Positions 51,001 to 64,000 of a stretch of DNA of 64,000 bases are shown here, one piece after another; position 1 is the first letter of the stretch, and every line of letters begins with the position of its first letter. The notes beneath the pieces were generated by a model. The model was not told where the DNA came from. It made no database searches and saw nothing but the letters and a program-made list of their open reading frames with translations. The translations under genes were made by a program, and so were the position numbers. The stretch covers positions 9,248,698-9,312,697 of the forward strand of contig OZ037765.1 in assembly GCA_964035545.1 (NCBI GenBank), in the 5' to 3' direction. This DNA is from Bugula neritina (taxonomy: Eukaryota > Animalia > Bryozoa).

Positions 51001-53158
51001 AAAGTTGCGGCTAAAGCTTCAAGAAGAAGAGGAACAGCTGATGCTTGCCAAAGAACTAGTGGGTAGGCAAATAGTAGACATGCCTACAAGGCGACATATT
51101 ACTCTGGTGTAAACATAATTGACGTATTTCTTCACTTACTAATAGACAAATATTTAAAAGGGTGAAATTGTTGGTTCTATGTTCATTTTGTAATATTATT
51201 TTTGCAATACGTTTTTGGTATGAAGATATCTTTCATGCCATCTATGTGTGATACTATAATTTTCTTCTGAAGGTGTGACTGTAACCCCTGCTTCTGGATT
51301 AGACGCAATGAGACCATCTACTTCGGAAGAGTTTACTGATTTTGCCAAGAAGCTAAAAAATAAAATTTCAGAATCTGAGGTAATGTAATTGTAAAATTTT
51401 TAAATTGTTTTTCAAAAAGATTATAAGGACTGTGTTTTCAAGGTTTGATACAACCATAAAAATGCAATAGTTTTGTTTTAAAATTAGTCATATTAACAGC
51501 TTCAGTGGTGCCAAAAATTATGCCTGGCATTTATCTTTTGGGTACCATAGTTTTACTGTTTTGTTCAGCTATGTGTTTCATACAACACAAATCAATACTT
51601 CTAACTTGTCAAACTAAGCATGTGCAATTTATGAAATTAGTTATTTTATTTAAATAATATTATATTTGGCTTGTTTTGATTTAGATTTGCAAATTTACAG
51701 TCAACATCACAGCTAAATGTCAGTCCTATAATTTTCTCACTTGATTTGTTTTATTTGCAGAATAATTATATTGTTTCTAATTATACCATATCTGTTATTT
51801 ATATTGAGTATAATCAAGATAAAACAAATTAGAATAAAATAATTGTACAATTGTACTGGAATGTATGTTTCAACTGCTTGAACTTTGAGCTAAGCTGAGG
51901 CAATAATTACATAGTTTCAAACCTGGTCAACCAGCATAGTAATTATTTCTAGCTGTAGATTAGAACTGTAGCAGCTCACTCCATTGCCCCCATGTTCTTT
52001 GAGAGGATTAGTAGTATGCTGGTAACCACTAATTAGACAAACTATTGCAATGATCAGATCTGGTAATTGCCGGGTCTTTCATGCTCTTTTACATATTTTG
52101 CATTGGCTAATCACAGATATTGTTACTAGAAGTTCATTGATTTTCAGAAAGGGAAATTTTATGAAAATTATGTATTAATTTTCACTAGAGCAATGTTTCA
52201 GCATGCCCTTCAAATTTTCAACTATTTTCACAGCCAATCAGCTGAACTACTCAACTTAGCAATTGTTTATTTGTTTTGCAGCAACATCCATTGTATACAA
52301 AGTTTTTAGAAGATTTGTTCAGGGATTTATGTGTGTCATGTAAGTATATAGTCATACATTAAATATGAAAGTTGTACATACATATTATGTATCCACCACA
52401 ACAATTTTCAATATATATTTACTTTTTATGCCTAGTCATAATCTCTACTAGTAGCCTTATAAAACCCTGGATTTTTCTTGCATTGGTGAAGAGTCTTCTT
52501 CTCGCACTAGTAATTTTGGCAACCTCAGGTGTTGACATCAAATTTGTAAATAGGCTCAAGATTTTAGCTGCATATGCAGGTGGTCAAGTACTAAGTAGGT
52601 AGTTGCTGAAACCTCATTAATTATATCGTGATCATATCTGAAAACAATTGTATATGCCTCAATATGTATTATATCTACTACATGCATATATAATAAATGT
52701 ATATTTCCATATTGTTTCATATATTACCCTGTATTGTATTTAATATTTCAGTATCATCAGAGAGTATCAAAAAGATTGGTTCATCTCTTACTACTCTAGC
52801 TAATGAAAAACAAAAACAAGAAAAGGTATGCAGAAAATAATGGAAAATTAGTAAAATTTAGTATTGTAGTTTTGATTGTTCAGTAATTTTGTTTGTTTCT
52901 CTTTAATCTTAAGACATGCTAGTGTATAACACCTATTGTATGTCAGCCAAGTCGGCCATAACTCTAACCCTACTTCACCATTAAACTGAGTTGTAGTTGT
53001 TTTGGAAAAAAATCGGCAGTTTTTCATAGATTTATTTGCTATTTTAGGCTAAAGATGGAGGAAAATCAAAAAAGAAAGGCAAAGGGCCAGCCATCAAACA
53101 AGTTAGAGCTAATGATTTTGATGAAGGAGAATATGATGAATTTGAAGACTTTATGTGA
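48031..53158 (+). CDS. EIF3J: Eukaryotic translation initiation factor 3 subunit J, 229 aa; exons 48031-48043, 50528-50607, 50709-50786, 50894-51062, 51273-51379, 52282-52339, 52752-52825, 53048-53158
   Basis: MADWDDEDYDP..WSGEDEDEAIKDNWED..MTPEEIVAEKLR..LDAMRPSTSEEFTDF..FLEDLFRDLC..IKKIGSSLTTLANEKQKQEK..YDEFEDFM*; 690 nt, all GT-AG. Confidence 0.95.
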
Positions 53159-53912
53159 ATATTTTTCAGCTATTGAAGTTACATAAGTCAATTTGCATTA
53201 TAGTTTATATCAAATTGTTTTTCTACTGCTTAACCACCTATGATACTCTGTTTTGCTGCTGCTTCAGCCTGCTGTAATAGTTAAGTTTAGTTATTTATGA
53301 ATGTATGTTTTGTTTACTCATGGTTTTGACACCCCACTTTACAGGAACTTTTTAATGCACTTATGTGTGCAATCATTATCATTAGCAATTTTCCGAATTT
53401 GATTGAAGTCTCTATTTTAAAGCACACGCTGGAAGACTTGAATTACAAAGTAAAAACGAATTCATAGATATTGTGTTTAACTGTTAACAAAAAATGCCTC
53501 TGAAAAATTTGGTTAGATAACTTTCAGCTATAAGTATAAAATTATGTTGTTCATGAAAATGCTTTATTTCAATATAATGCAATTAAATATAAATATAGAA
53601 ACATAAATATAAAACGAGATCATGCAACTAATAAATTAACCAATAAATAATCACAGAAAAGTTGGCAGAATAAACTTGATAGTGTTGATCAAATTTACAA
53701 CACATTTAGAAATAAGTGGAGTCATACTTGAACTTAATAGGGCAACTGATACTTTGGAATGTGCGATTGTCTTTCTGTAAACAATATGATTTAAACCTAG
53801 GGTAAACTGGGAATAAAGCAAGGGCTTTGAAAATAGTGCTTATAAAACTTGATTTGGTCATTCTGATTTCACAACAAAATAATACTCTCATTAATTATAT
53901 ATTAAAAGGTCT

Positions 53913-56900
53913 TTAACAATCCTTTTTCTTGACTTGTTCTTCTACAGCCAATTTTATTTGTTCAACATGGTCTGTCAGCCGTCTTGGTGATCTAAATAAC
54001 CAACCACATGATGGAATACTTCTTGTGGATTTCAAACTTCATCACATTATGTACAAGTAACATAGATGATAGTATATCAGTTAATGAACTTACTTGGTTG
54101 GAGAAGGGGATACAGCAGACAAACATGAAGTGTTAGCACCATTCATCGTAGCCTTTCTGTACTCATCAAATTTCTTTCTCTAAATATAAATTAACCGACA
54201 ACTGAAAATTCAACCGAGTCAGAAAGAATGCAAACATTGCATCTTGAATTGTGGAAAAATTAGAACATCTTTGAGCAATTACATTTTTATTCAAGCCAGC
54301 AGGTACTTAATGAAACGTGCTAAATGACCAATGAGTGTTGAGAACATGTGCTCAGCTTCCTGTCATAATTGGAGCCCACGAACAGCTTCAGGGACTTAGG
54401 AAAACCTGTTTTTATAATCATATATAGAATCATATATATTTTAGAATTAATTTAAAAAATATTTCTGTGGCGTCTGAAGCAATGTCATACTAGTGGTTAA
54501 TTATGTCTGATTTCACATTAATTTAAATTATAATTATTTTAAGTTATCAGTGTTTATACAGTTATCTTTAATTGAAAGCTTTTAAAATCGTATTTGAGGA
54601 GCTGGTTAATTTGTTGGAAAATTGAAAGAAATTATTAGTCACAAGTTCATAAGTTACAGCGCTTAACAATGAAACTCTGTGGCTAAGAATTTCCAAGGTC
54701 TGGATATCAATTTAAAAGAAAAGAGTTGTCGTATCTTGCTAGCTTTGAAAAGTTTTGTTTTTCTATCAAACTACTATAAGTAATTTTAATGTTTCGAGAA
54801 ATGACAATTATGCTGTTGATACCGTAGAATTTCTTCACTCCAATTTCTTTTATCCAAAGATAGCATTTGATGCCCCAAGAATACATCTACTATACTTACT
54901 GATTTGACACAAAACAACTCTCAATATAATATCTACGGTGATATGATAATACCTCTCTGTGGAGGCTGATAGCAGCTTCTGTTAAATTCTGCTTCTCTTG
55001 TTCTAGCTTTGCTCTTTGTGTATACAACATGCTTTTCTCTTTGGATAAATTTTCTTGCTCTTCTAACAGAGAAATGCTGGAGTTCAGATTTTCATCTCCA
55101 ATCATGTAAGCCTAAAAGAGCAACATAAATCTCTGCATGTTGGAATAGATTCAGGTTTTCAAGTCATTCAGACTATTTGGCATTAAACAACACTATCACA
55201 CAGTAAATCGCACCTCTATAATTGGATTTGTTTCCAGGCCATCTTTTTCTAATGTGAATGTTGAGTTAAATTTGGAAGTAACTTCTACAATAATAGTATT
55301 AAAATTAGATGGTCGTCAATTTAAAATCAAAGTTATCACTATACCATTATAAATGAGATCTAAATACCTTCTAACATTGATTACATGAGAAAAATAAAAC
55401 CAAATTACTGGCCTTCTAATCACTTGAAAACTAGTCTATGCTAAAACATTTATTTGTTGATGCTATTACATTGCAGAACAACAGCTGTACTATATGAATA
55501 TATTAGACAAGGCATAGGCTACTCAGATAATTACCTGTCCCCTGGGCATTACCATTGGAGCGAATTAATGAGCAGGTTTTCTTCAAAGAATCTGTTAATC
55601 GTTTATGCACCATATCTATAGGCATCTGAGCATGATCTAAACCAAATACCAGTAGCAACACAGAAATATAATAAACTTAATTTTAACAGTTTAAAAAACA
55701 CGAAAAAACTATCAAAATTTAAAAACATGTAATATCAATAAGTTGAAATTAAAAATCAAAAGGCAGAATATCTATAAAAAGAAAAGTTAAGAAAGCTGCT
55801 TTAGTAAAAAATTTAAAAAGAATAATTAGAAACATAACGATGGCCAGTCACAAAACACATCATAATAAACAGGGCTGATAAAAGAAGGTGAATAATTTTT
55901 AATGAAGCAAAATATTGCAGAAACAAATGCGTGTGACAACCAACAGTAACAATATGCTAGAAGTTCACTTTGACATTTGTCAGTTCAAGTTAAGTTAGTA
56001 CATTATATGTAAGTGCACTACATGTACAACATTTACACACTAGCACTTACACCAATTAGTGTAGTCAGTCAAATGTAGTTACTAAAGCATGAAAAGAAAG
56101 ATCCTTATCACCACTAAACATACAGAATGAACTCTAGACCTGCTCACATAACATAGTTATGTAGGCTGTGATCAGCAGATTAAGATATTAATAATAACCG
56201 ATATACCATGCCATCAAATTTCCTTAGTGAAACTAAATTAGCCCAGACTACTGTCAAACAAAACTAAAAAACATATTCCAACATATACTTGAGTTAAATT
56301 TTAAACTAGTACTCACACTTTGTAAAAATAAAGACTATGAAAGTGCTTTGTATATATCATAAAATATTGCTATCAACCTTTCAGAGAAGACTTGCGTGGA
56401 GATGACTGCTTATTAATTTCAAGTGAAGATAATTCCAACTGCACATCCGTTAGGATTTCTCTTAGCCTCCTGTTTTCTGATTGCAGACTAGTGCAACGCC
56501 CTTCATAGTTATTCAATACAGCATTATACATGTCTTCCTCGTTTCTGAAACACCACACTCATATCAAGCACAAATAGAGTCCCCATTTCTATTTTAGATA
56601 GGTTGGTAGAGCGAAAATAGAATTCTAGAAATACCACTCAAAGCAATGTTGAGAAATCTTACAGCTTTCTTGCTAGCCTCACAGCTTCATTTTTATAACA
56701 AAGAAAGTTTATATTCTCATTTAAAACCCAAAATAATTTGCTTCTGTTATCCCAAAAAGTACTGAACAGAGAAATACCAGATTAAGGTAATAGAAGTGTT
56801 CATGTATATCTTACCGCATATTTGAAGTATCGTTCCTCCATTTGCTTCTCCGTGTGTCGGTTCTATTCAGACAAGCAGTGATTTCCATGTTGGGCACGTG

Positions 56901-59345
56901 ACTCGCCTTAGCTTTGTCTGTTAACAGGAGCTGGGCTCTCTCTTTTATAGTTGTCATTTGTCTCTCTAGCTTCTTCACCTCATGTTTATACTGATTCTCT
57001 GTTGATTGCATGAGCGACTTAAGCCTTTTTGTCTGCATAGCCAAGCAAAGTGTTCAATTATAAAACAAATACACACTGTATTGCTATACGGCACAAATTA
57101 GACAGTAACAGCATCCTAGTTTTTTTATATATATAAAAAGTTCAATTCAAAATATTTTATGTCACCTCATTGAGCTGAGCTTTGAATTTCAAGTGTACAT
57201 TTGAGTTTTCTATTCGAAGTTGCCTCTCTTGTTCCTCTAGTTTAGCTACAGTGTTCTGCAAAGAGTTAATTGATTGTCGTAACCTCTTTTGACTGCTTTG
57301 ATTGTGTTCCAATTCAGTTGAGCTTTGACGAACTCTGCAACATAAACCATGTAAAACTAATGAGTTGAATCCAAAATACTGTAATAATATTATCATTGAT
57401 ATAATAGCATAATAGATATATTATATAGTAATGTATTGATTGTAACTTATACCATTGACTGGCGTATAACTGAAAGACAAGCTGTTAAAAAGTGCCGTAA
57501 GTTAATGAAAAAGTTAAACAAGTTAAAAATATACCCCAATTGAATAAATTTCAAACAAACACTTTATTGGTTGACATTTCAATAAAAACTTTAAGAGCCA
57601 ATGGTGAAAAGAACAAAAACAGACTGCTCCTGAAGATTGATTAATTTAGTTTAATCTGGCTGTCATTTGAATGGCCTTGTAGCTATGCATTCTTTGTACT
57701 GCACTTGAACTCAGCTGTGCAGAGACTGAACTGCTTATCAGTACTTGAATTACCTAACTTAGAAATGTTATTACATATATACTAATTGATAAGGCTATAT
57801 ATTAGCCATTATTGCATTTAACTGAACCAACTTTATATGACTTAGCAAAAGCTAAACTAATTTTTAGGAAAGTGCAATTTAAATTTCAAAAAGTAACCCA
57901 CTATTAAGAGCTGACTATAAAAGGCAATATAGTAATAGTACTAGCACTGCTGGGAACATACTAGGAGAACATCAGAAGACACTTTTGACTGGCCAATAGA
58001 ATTTGCTAATTTGATTATTTTCTTATATCAATGCAACTTGAGTGCAAATTTTCTTCCTCAGTATTTATTATGTATCTAGCTGCTAGCATGTATCCAGCAG
58101 CTAGCATGTGTGTAGCTGCTAGCATGTATCTAGCTGCTAGTATGTATGTAGCAGCTAGTATGTATGTAGCAGCTAGTATGTATGTAGCAGCTAGTATGTA
58201 TGTAGCAGCTAGTATGTATGTAGCAGCTAGTATGTATGTAGCAGCTAGCATGTATGTAGCAGCTAGCATGTATGTAGCAGCTAGCATGTATTTAGCATCA
58301 AAATAAAAATATTGTGTGCACCTTGACTCCAGCTCTTCTCTGTACCTACTGGACTGTTGGCATTTCCTGAGAAGATTATGGGCAACATTCACCAACTTGG
58401 TGACATCAAAACTGCCAGTAGAGTTGTACAGACCAGATAGACCAAGCACCTGGCACTCCTGCCAAATATACAAAATGTTTCAGTTATTGACAGCTGACAA
58501 GATATGTAAAAGTTATGATTCATTCATTGACTAAACTGTTTGTAGCACATAATTATGAACAATTCAACCATATTACTCAAATTCAATAATCAATATAATT
58601 ATTGAATGCAGTGTCGAATGATGTTAAATCAAACTTAGTAGTAGTAAAGTAGAATTCATGGCAAAAAACCTTTCAGGTTAATTTAATTGAAAGCAAATAA
58701 GAAAAATACAATAGCCTAGAATCTTTGCTAAAAAAAAGCAAACAACCTTAATTTATAATGCAAATATCAAAGCTTAATATCTAAAATGAATAAACTTATT
58801 GAGCAAACACCACAGATTAGACCAAATAGTACTTTGTACATCTCGTATTCGTCTAGTGATTACCAGCTTCAATCGTTATATCTGATAAAGATAAAAGATC
58901 AGCAGTGGGTTTAAACCCACCCACTTAGCAGTGCTGAATGAGCCCCCCACCCCCAGTTCCTTTCACACTTAAGAGAGGACCCCTCTGGCCTATACAATGT
59001 ATGAGGCACTTTTAGCTGCGTTTGCATTTCATACGCTACTACAACTGGACTAATTTATAACCAGTTACTAATATTATACAACTTCTCTCAACTTGTGACT
59101 GTTAACGTGCTGTGGTTAGTACTACAGATGGCGTTGGATGAAATGAACAATAAGCTGTACTAAAAACTAACCTTGTCCATGTATTGTATGCACTCATTCA
59201 AATTAGCTTTGCAACAGAACTCTTTCTCAGCCTCTCCATTCAAAGCAATTTGAGATGAGATCAACCTTTCTCTAAGGATGCTGCCAGTTCTAGATGGAGA
59301 AATCATCTTTAAATATGGCCCCAAGGCCACATCATCATTCTCCAT
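53913..59345 (-). CDS. SSX2IP: Afadin- and alpha-actinin-binding protein (SSX2IP/ADIP), 453 aa; exons 59345-59172, 58458-58322, 57334-57166, 57032-56815, 56544-56378, 55636-55535, 55284-55214, 55111-54953, 54179-54094, 53991-53913
   Basis: FC..NL..CIQY..KE...LG, QYKHEVKKLE, LNRTD.RR.KW, NEEDMY....NYE, LLEE.E.L..E and TEAAI.L..ER coiled-coil motifs of the ADIP family; 1362 nt in frame. Confidence 0.88.
58069..58297. repeat. 18-bp minisatellite (atgtatgtagcagctag(t/c), ~12.5 copies) in an SSX2IP intron
   Basis: Tandem units starting ~25 nt after the exon 2 donor; generates the repetitive ORFs on both strands. Confidence 0.95.
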
Positions 59346-61239
59346 TTAATAACCGGCTTGATAATAGTTTACTGTAAAACAAATGTGTTACAAGTACACT
59401 ATTCAAGAATAAATGTTACATCTTTAATCAAAATAAATAATTGCTCATCGAGTTGAACATAAATATATCTTAGAATCTTGAGTATACAGGAAATAGATGT
59501 ACAATTTCACTATTCTGCCCGCAGATTTTTAATAATAGTATTTACAGAAAAACCTTGCAAATTAGCCAGTAGACATACATAATAAGGAGCTGCAATTACA
59601 AGCTGGAGTATGGGTTTGGTACTAATCTTTACTTACTGCTAGTTTTTTAGAGAATGAAAGACAAACTATGCTAAGTTTTTTTAAATTACACATATAAAGA
59701 CACCTATACAAAATATTGAAATTTTAAGCTTACTAAAATGAATTGAGCAATTAAATAAAATTATTTTCGAAAATAATTCTGTGTGAAAAGTTCATTATAC
59801 CACTACTAATATTTGAAATTGACAGCTAGCAGTAATGCCATCGCCCACATTTGATTTAACCCAACATCACTTATTTTGATTTTGACAAAAAGTTAAAGTT
59901 TATTTATGCTAACTAATTATCTTGTGTAACTTGCTTTCACCAGTTAATATCTACCAGCACACATAAGAAATTTAAAATTTAGTCATTATCTGAATTAAAC
60001 ACTTGATTACAAATAACAAAAATTAGTAGTAGCAAATAAATGCAAACACTATTATTAATGTAATTATAATTACCAGTGAAGAAATTACATTTTAATAGCT
60101 TTTTTAAATAGTAACCAGAATGACTATGAAAAATATTAAAAACAATACAAATATATTAATTAATTATGCTATCTTTTTCATTTCAGCTACAACACCATCT
60201 CATCAAACAGTGGTAATAAGTACGATTATTAAATTAAAAATATATAAAACTTTATATTTTATATGACACTGAACTGGTTAAGGTTCCACATCTGGCTGTT
60301 GAATAATCACCAAAGTGTGCACCTTTTAAGTCTTACTAAAGCATGCACTGAGCAAATTACTTTCAAAAAATTCCTATATATTTTTAACCAGATTAAAATG
60401 TAAACTTACTATTGGAAAGTGCTGAAGTTAAGCATAAATAAATGATTTGACCTGTGCCAGATGAATAAGATTTCTGAAACAAATAATTTGCACTGAATAT
60501 CAACAATACTCTAATTAGAAGTACACTATTGTTGTCATATCACACCAATTGTTGGCACTAAATTCTTTGTTATTAGCAATGCTCTGATTCCTAATACTTC
60601 AGTCAAAATAGTTGAAACTGTTACTTTACAATACTGCCCTCTATTTAAGTATGGATAGTATAATTTAGCAAGTTATTCAACTTTAAAACTTGGTTTATTC
60701 ATTGAAAACTGATTCTGTAACACTTTCTACGACATTATTATATTTGGTATAATAAACTTAGTTACAAATTGTAAAATTTATTTTGAAAGCAATAGCTGTT
60801 TTAGTAATTATCTGGAAACTTTAATTAAATTAACCTATACACAAATATTTTATTGAACTTCACAACTACAAAGACAACTTATTGGTAAAGTTACTAATGA
60901 GGTATGTCTAATATACATTAGACATAGTTATCATTAGCACTAGACTAAGTAGATCAGGTCACAATACTTTGGGGTAGCCAGCTTTCTGTTACAAGCATTG
61001 CTCATTTAACTTATGACGACCTGTGCCTGGTAACTTGTTTACAATTGATACTAAATAATAATAATAATGAAGATGTATGTTATTCTTTTGTTAAGACCAT
61101 GACAGTGATGACCTGACTTGAACTAGTTTAGTGAGTAGCTAGCCACCAACCTAACTTGATTTGACTTGCATAAATTTGATCCAGTTAATGTTATGCTGTA
61201 CAGTGCATCACTGTATGTAATCATTGTAATGTAGACTTA

Positions 61240-61980
61240 CTGATCTTATTTCATTATGATTATAATTACAATAAAAACTATCATGATGATATTTATCGAG
61301 ACTAATTATTACCAGTACCATAGTCTCAGTATCATTATTGAGTAAGACAAATTGAAACTATCAACTCAAATCAAACTCACAGTAACACTAACACTCTAAC
61401 ACTCACAGTAACTGTTAGTAACAAACTCAAAGATTGAAATTTCAAGTCACAGTTACTTTAGTTGATTACTAATTACTATTACTATTAGTATTACTATTAG
61501 TAATTTATAATTACTAATTCGTTAACCTAAGAGTAAGACTAAGAGTAACCTCTAACACTAAATGTAAGTCGGTCTAATTTTTAGACTCAGTTTCAGATTG
61601 GACTTGGTCAAAAAGACCGAGATACTCATACTGATAAACTAACTCGTAGTCTTACAGTTACTCCAACTCTTAGAGTTACTCTAAGTTTATATGACTATCA
61701 GTATGAATATTAATATCATAAAGGCTGACCATTTATAGTTATACCTCAGTCTCAGTCTTATTATTAATATTATAACTGATAGTGATTAACTCACATTCAC
61801 ATTGATGATTGATCATTCACATTGTGATTGTCACTATCATTGTGATGTCACTATCATACTGATATTAAATTTAATACTTGTTAAACTTAATAAGATATAA
61901 CAATAAATGTGATAACCTATATTAATAGTTATTACATTTACTGTTATTAGTAAGTTTTATTTATTATTGATGAGTTATGA
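61240..61980. repeat. Low-complexity tract with 3/6-bp periodicity
   Basis: Drifting hexamers such as acagta/acacta/actcta, agtaag/actaag, ctcagt, cacatt, cactat. Confidence 0.7.
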
Positions 61981-64000
61981 GTTTTTATAGTAAGGACTCG
62001 GGAATAACTTTAAATTCTAGCTTCAAAAATTTCGCAGTAATCTGCTCAATAGTTTCAGAGCCCTTTATGCGGGTTCTGAATAGTTGTCTTTGCTCACTAA
62101 CATTTTTGCGAATAATGTCTAATCTCGAGAAAGGCAAAGAAACACGCCAAGCTTATTTGTTTGAATGGTGGAGTTATCACACTTAAGACATGGTAGAATA
62201 ACTAGCTTTATTGATTTATAATTGAGTCTATACTCTATGGTCTATATTATTATATAACCACTCAGTTATATTTCAATGGGTCTAATCATACCCAGGAAAG
62301 TAACTGGTAACCCTTTGGGTTTTGGCCATACCTAAAAGTTGAGATTGCTTGAGGAACCATATTTTAACTGGGAATGAATTTCTAAGCATCATAGCATTTT
62401 ATTGTTTGATGGTATATATAAATTCACAATTTTTCAAAATAGCACCAAGGAATTCCTGAGTTGAATTCAAACCAAACGTAAATAAGGGAGAACTCATGCA
62501 CAACCACTGTGTTGTTTGGACAGGGCACAGTGATTAAATTAATGAAGTCCTTTGTTACTCATTTTTCAGCATGCATCAATTAATCTGTTAATTAGCTGTA
62601 CAAGTCTTCTTAGAAAGCATATTGGAAAAAATTTTGCCCCAAGGTAAAAAAATTTGAGTGGTCATGGTAAAACACGAGTTCTGACATAAATGATACCTAC
62701 TTGTCCCAAGTTAAAAAGCAGTTTAAACTAATTAACATTTTAAGCTTTATCAACTCTGAAGATGATCTCTGTGCAAAGATAAATTAAGACAATGAATCAC
62801 TAAGCAGGTTGGAAATAGTGCACATTGCTAGTTCTACATTATTGTTTGCAATAGACAGTAGCTATTGGAATCACTTACACTTTTAGGAAGCTATTATATA
62901 TCTATTTAACGACACAGCCTAGCTATTACAGCTACACTAACTACGTGAATATACAGTTATGTTATGTGAATAAAGTGAAAAAAACTGCAAAAAATTTTTA
63001 AACATATTTTATTTGGTTAAAATTGTCTGCTACTACATATTTTAGTTGCAGATATATCCACTATCAGGTTTTTTGTAAAGTTTTAGCAATGACCACCAGT
63101 GCAATTGAAAACATGAAAGATATTTGTACTAGAATTCTTAACTCAGTAAAATTTCTCTGGAACTCAATTAAATTTATGTCTAAAACATAGTTCAGCACAA
63201 ATAGAAACTCTAACATTGAGTTAAGCAGGTCTAAGGTTGAGTAAATCAGTAAGTAGAATTATAATTCATTGATTAAAAAGACAAGATTGTTGAAACAACT
63301 GAAAATAGTCAAATTCTCCACTTGTTGAAAACCCTAAGTTTCTAGAAAGATTGTGAAAGTGAGTATTATGATCTCTGTGACACATGATAAAGTAAGAGAT
63401 ATGGCAAAGTCGCACACAAAAATTAGTGAGTAATTACAAATATTTACATTGAAAATATTATATTCATTTTTATGGATATATGTTGGCCAACTAGCTTAAG
63501 TAAAAAACGGTCACAAAATTAAGTAGAGCACTACTAAGTTTACTGGATGCTGGAAAAGATGAAAAATTGAAAATATTCTTTGTGTACAAATAAGTAGGGA
63601 TAAGTTAAGTTGTTTTAAAAAATCTATAAACTTATCAAACAGCTAGCCACTTTTACAAATATATATATAGAGAACCTAAATATTAGTTACTACTCCTTAT
63701 GAATATGACTACTTCATGAAATATATAAATGAATTCAAAATTGAATAAGAAAATCTTGAACTGTAGAAAAATGTGATTTCAAAGTGATGGGATTAATTTC
63801 TGCTCATCTAAGCAGCTGTAAAGCAAAAGTCTGCCATAACTGTATATTTACACCCAGTAAGATTATCTCCACAGTGATATATCTAGCTCATGTCTTCCTC
63901 ATACTACCCTGGTACATGGGGTTTTTAAATGTAGATGTAGCTTCAACATATATTGGATTTTTCGTCTACAAATCAAACAGACACATAACACATCATTAGA

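Noticed and set aside
58015-58321. Repetitive ORFs (YILAAT)n / (MYVAAS)n
   Set aside because: Product of an 18-bp intronic minisatellite; the SSX2IP exon ends at 58322 with a phase-compatible donor

Overview
AT-rich, intron-containing animal genomic DNA. It is probably a spiralian invertebrate (inference from gene style, not proven). I assembled spliced genes by hand from GT-AG junctions and exon phases; most are missed or fragmented by the ORF track. In order: a 198-aa orphan (+), PFDN1 (-), a single-PDZ NHERF/Sip1 scaffold (+), two paralogous secreted Cys-rich peptide precursors (+), a calcitonin-like neuropeptide precursor (-), INTS11 (-), EIF3J (+) and SSX2IP/ADIP (-). A ~6 kb tandem duplication (~13060-19700 vs ~20005-25840) has a hAT end at its junction. 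It produced a partial NHERF pseudogene and the peptide gene pair. Top hits: (1) the peptide pair has near-identical signal peptides, a CxxxC..CxxxC domain about half diverged, and a C-terminal YVDGKNKFLHF-amide in one copy whose amidation signal is absent in the other; (2) a 6-coding-exon precursor absent from the ORF track, encoding a C-x7-C calcitonin-like peptide without the Pro-amide and a second Cys-paired C-terminal peptide. Several TEs (hAT, MITEs, SINEs, LINE relics) and satellites are also present.
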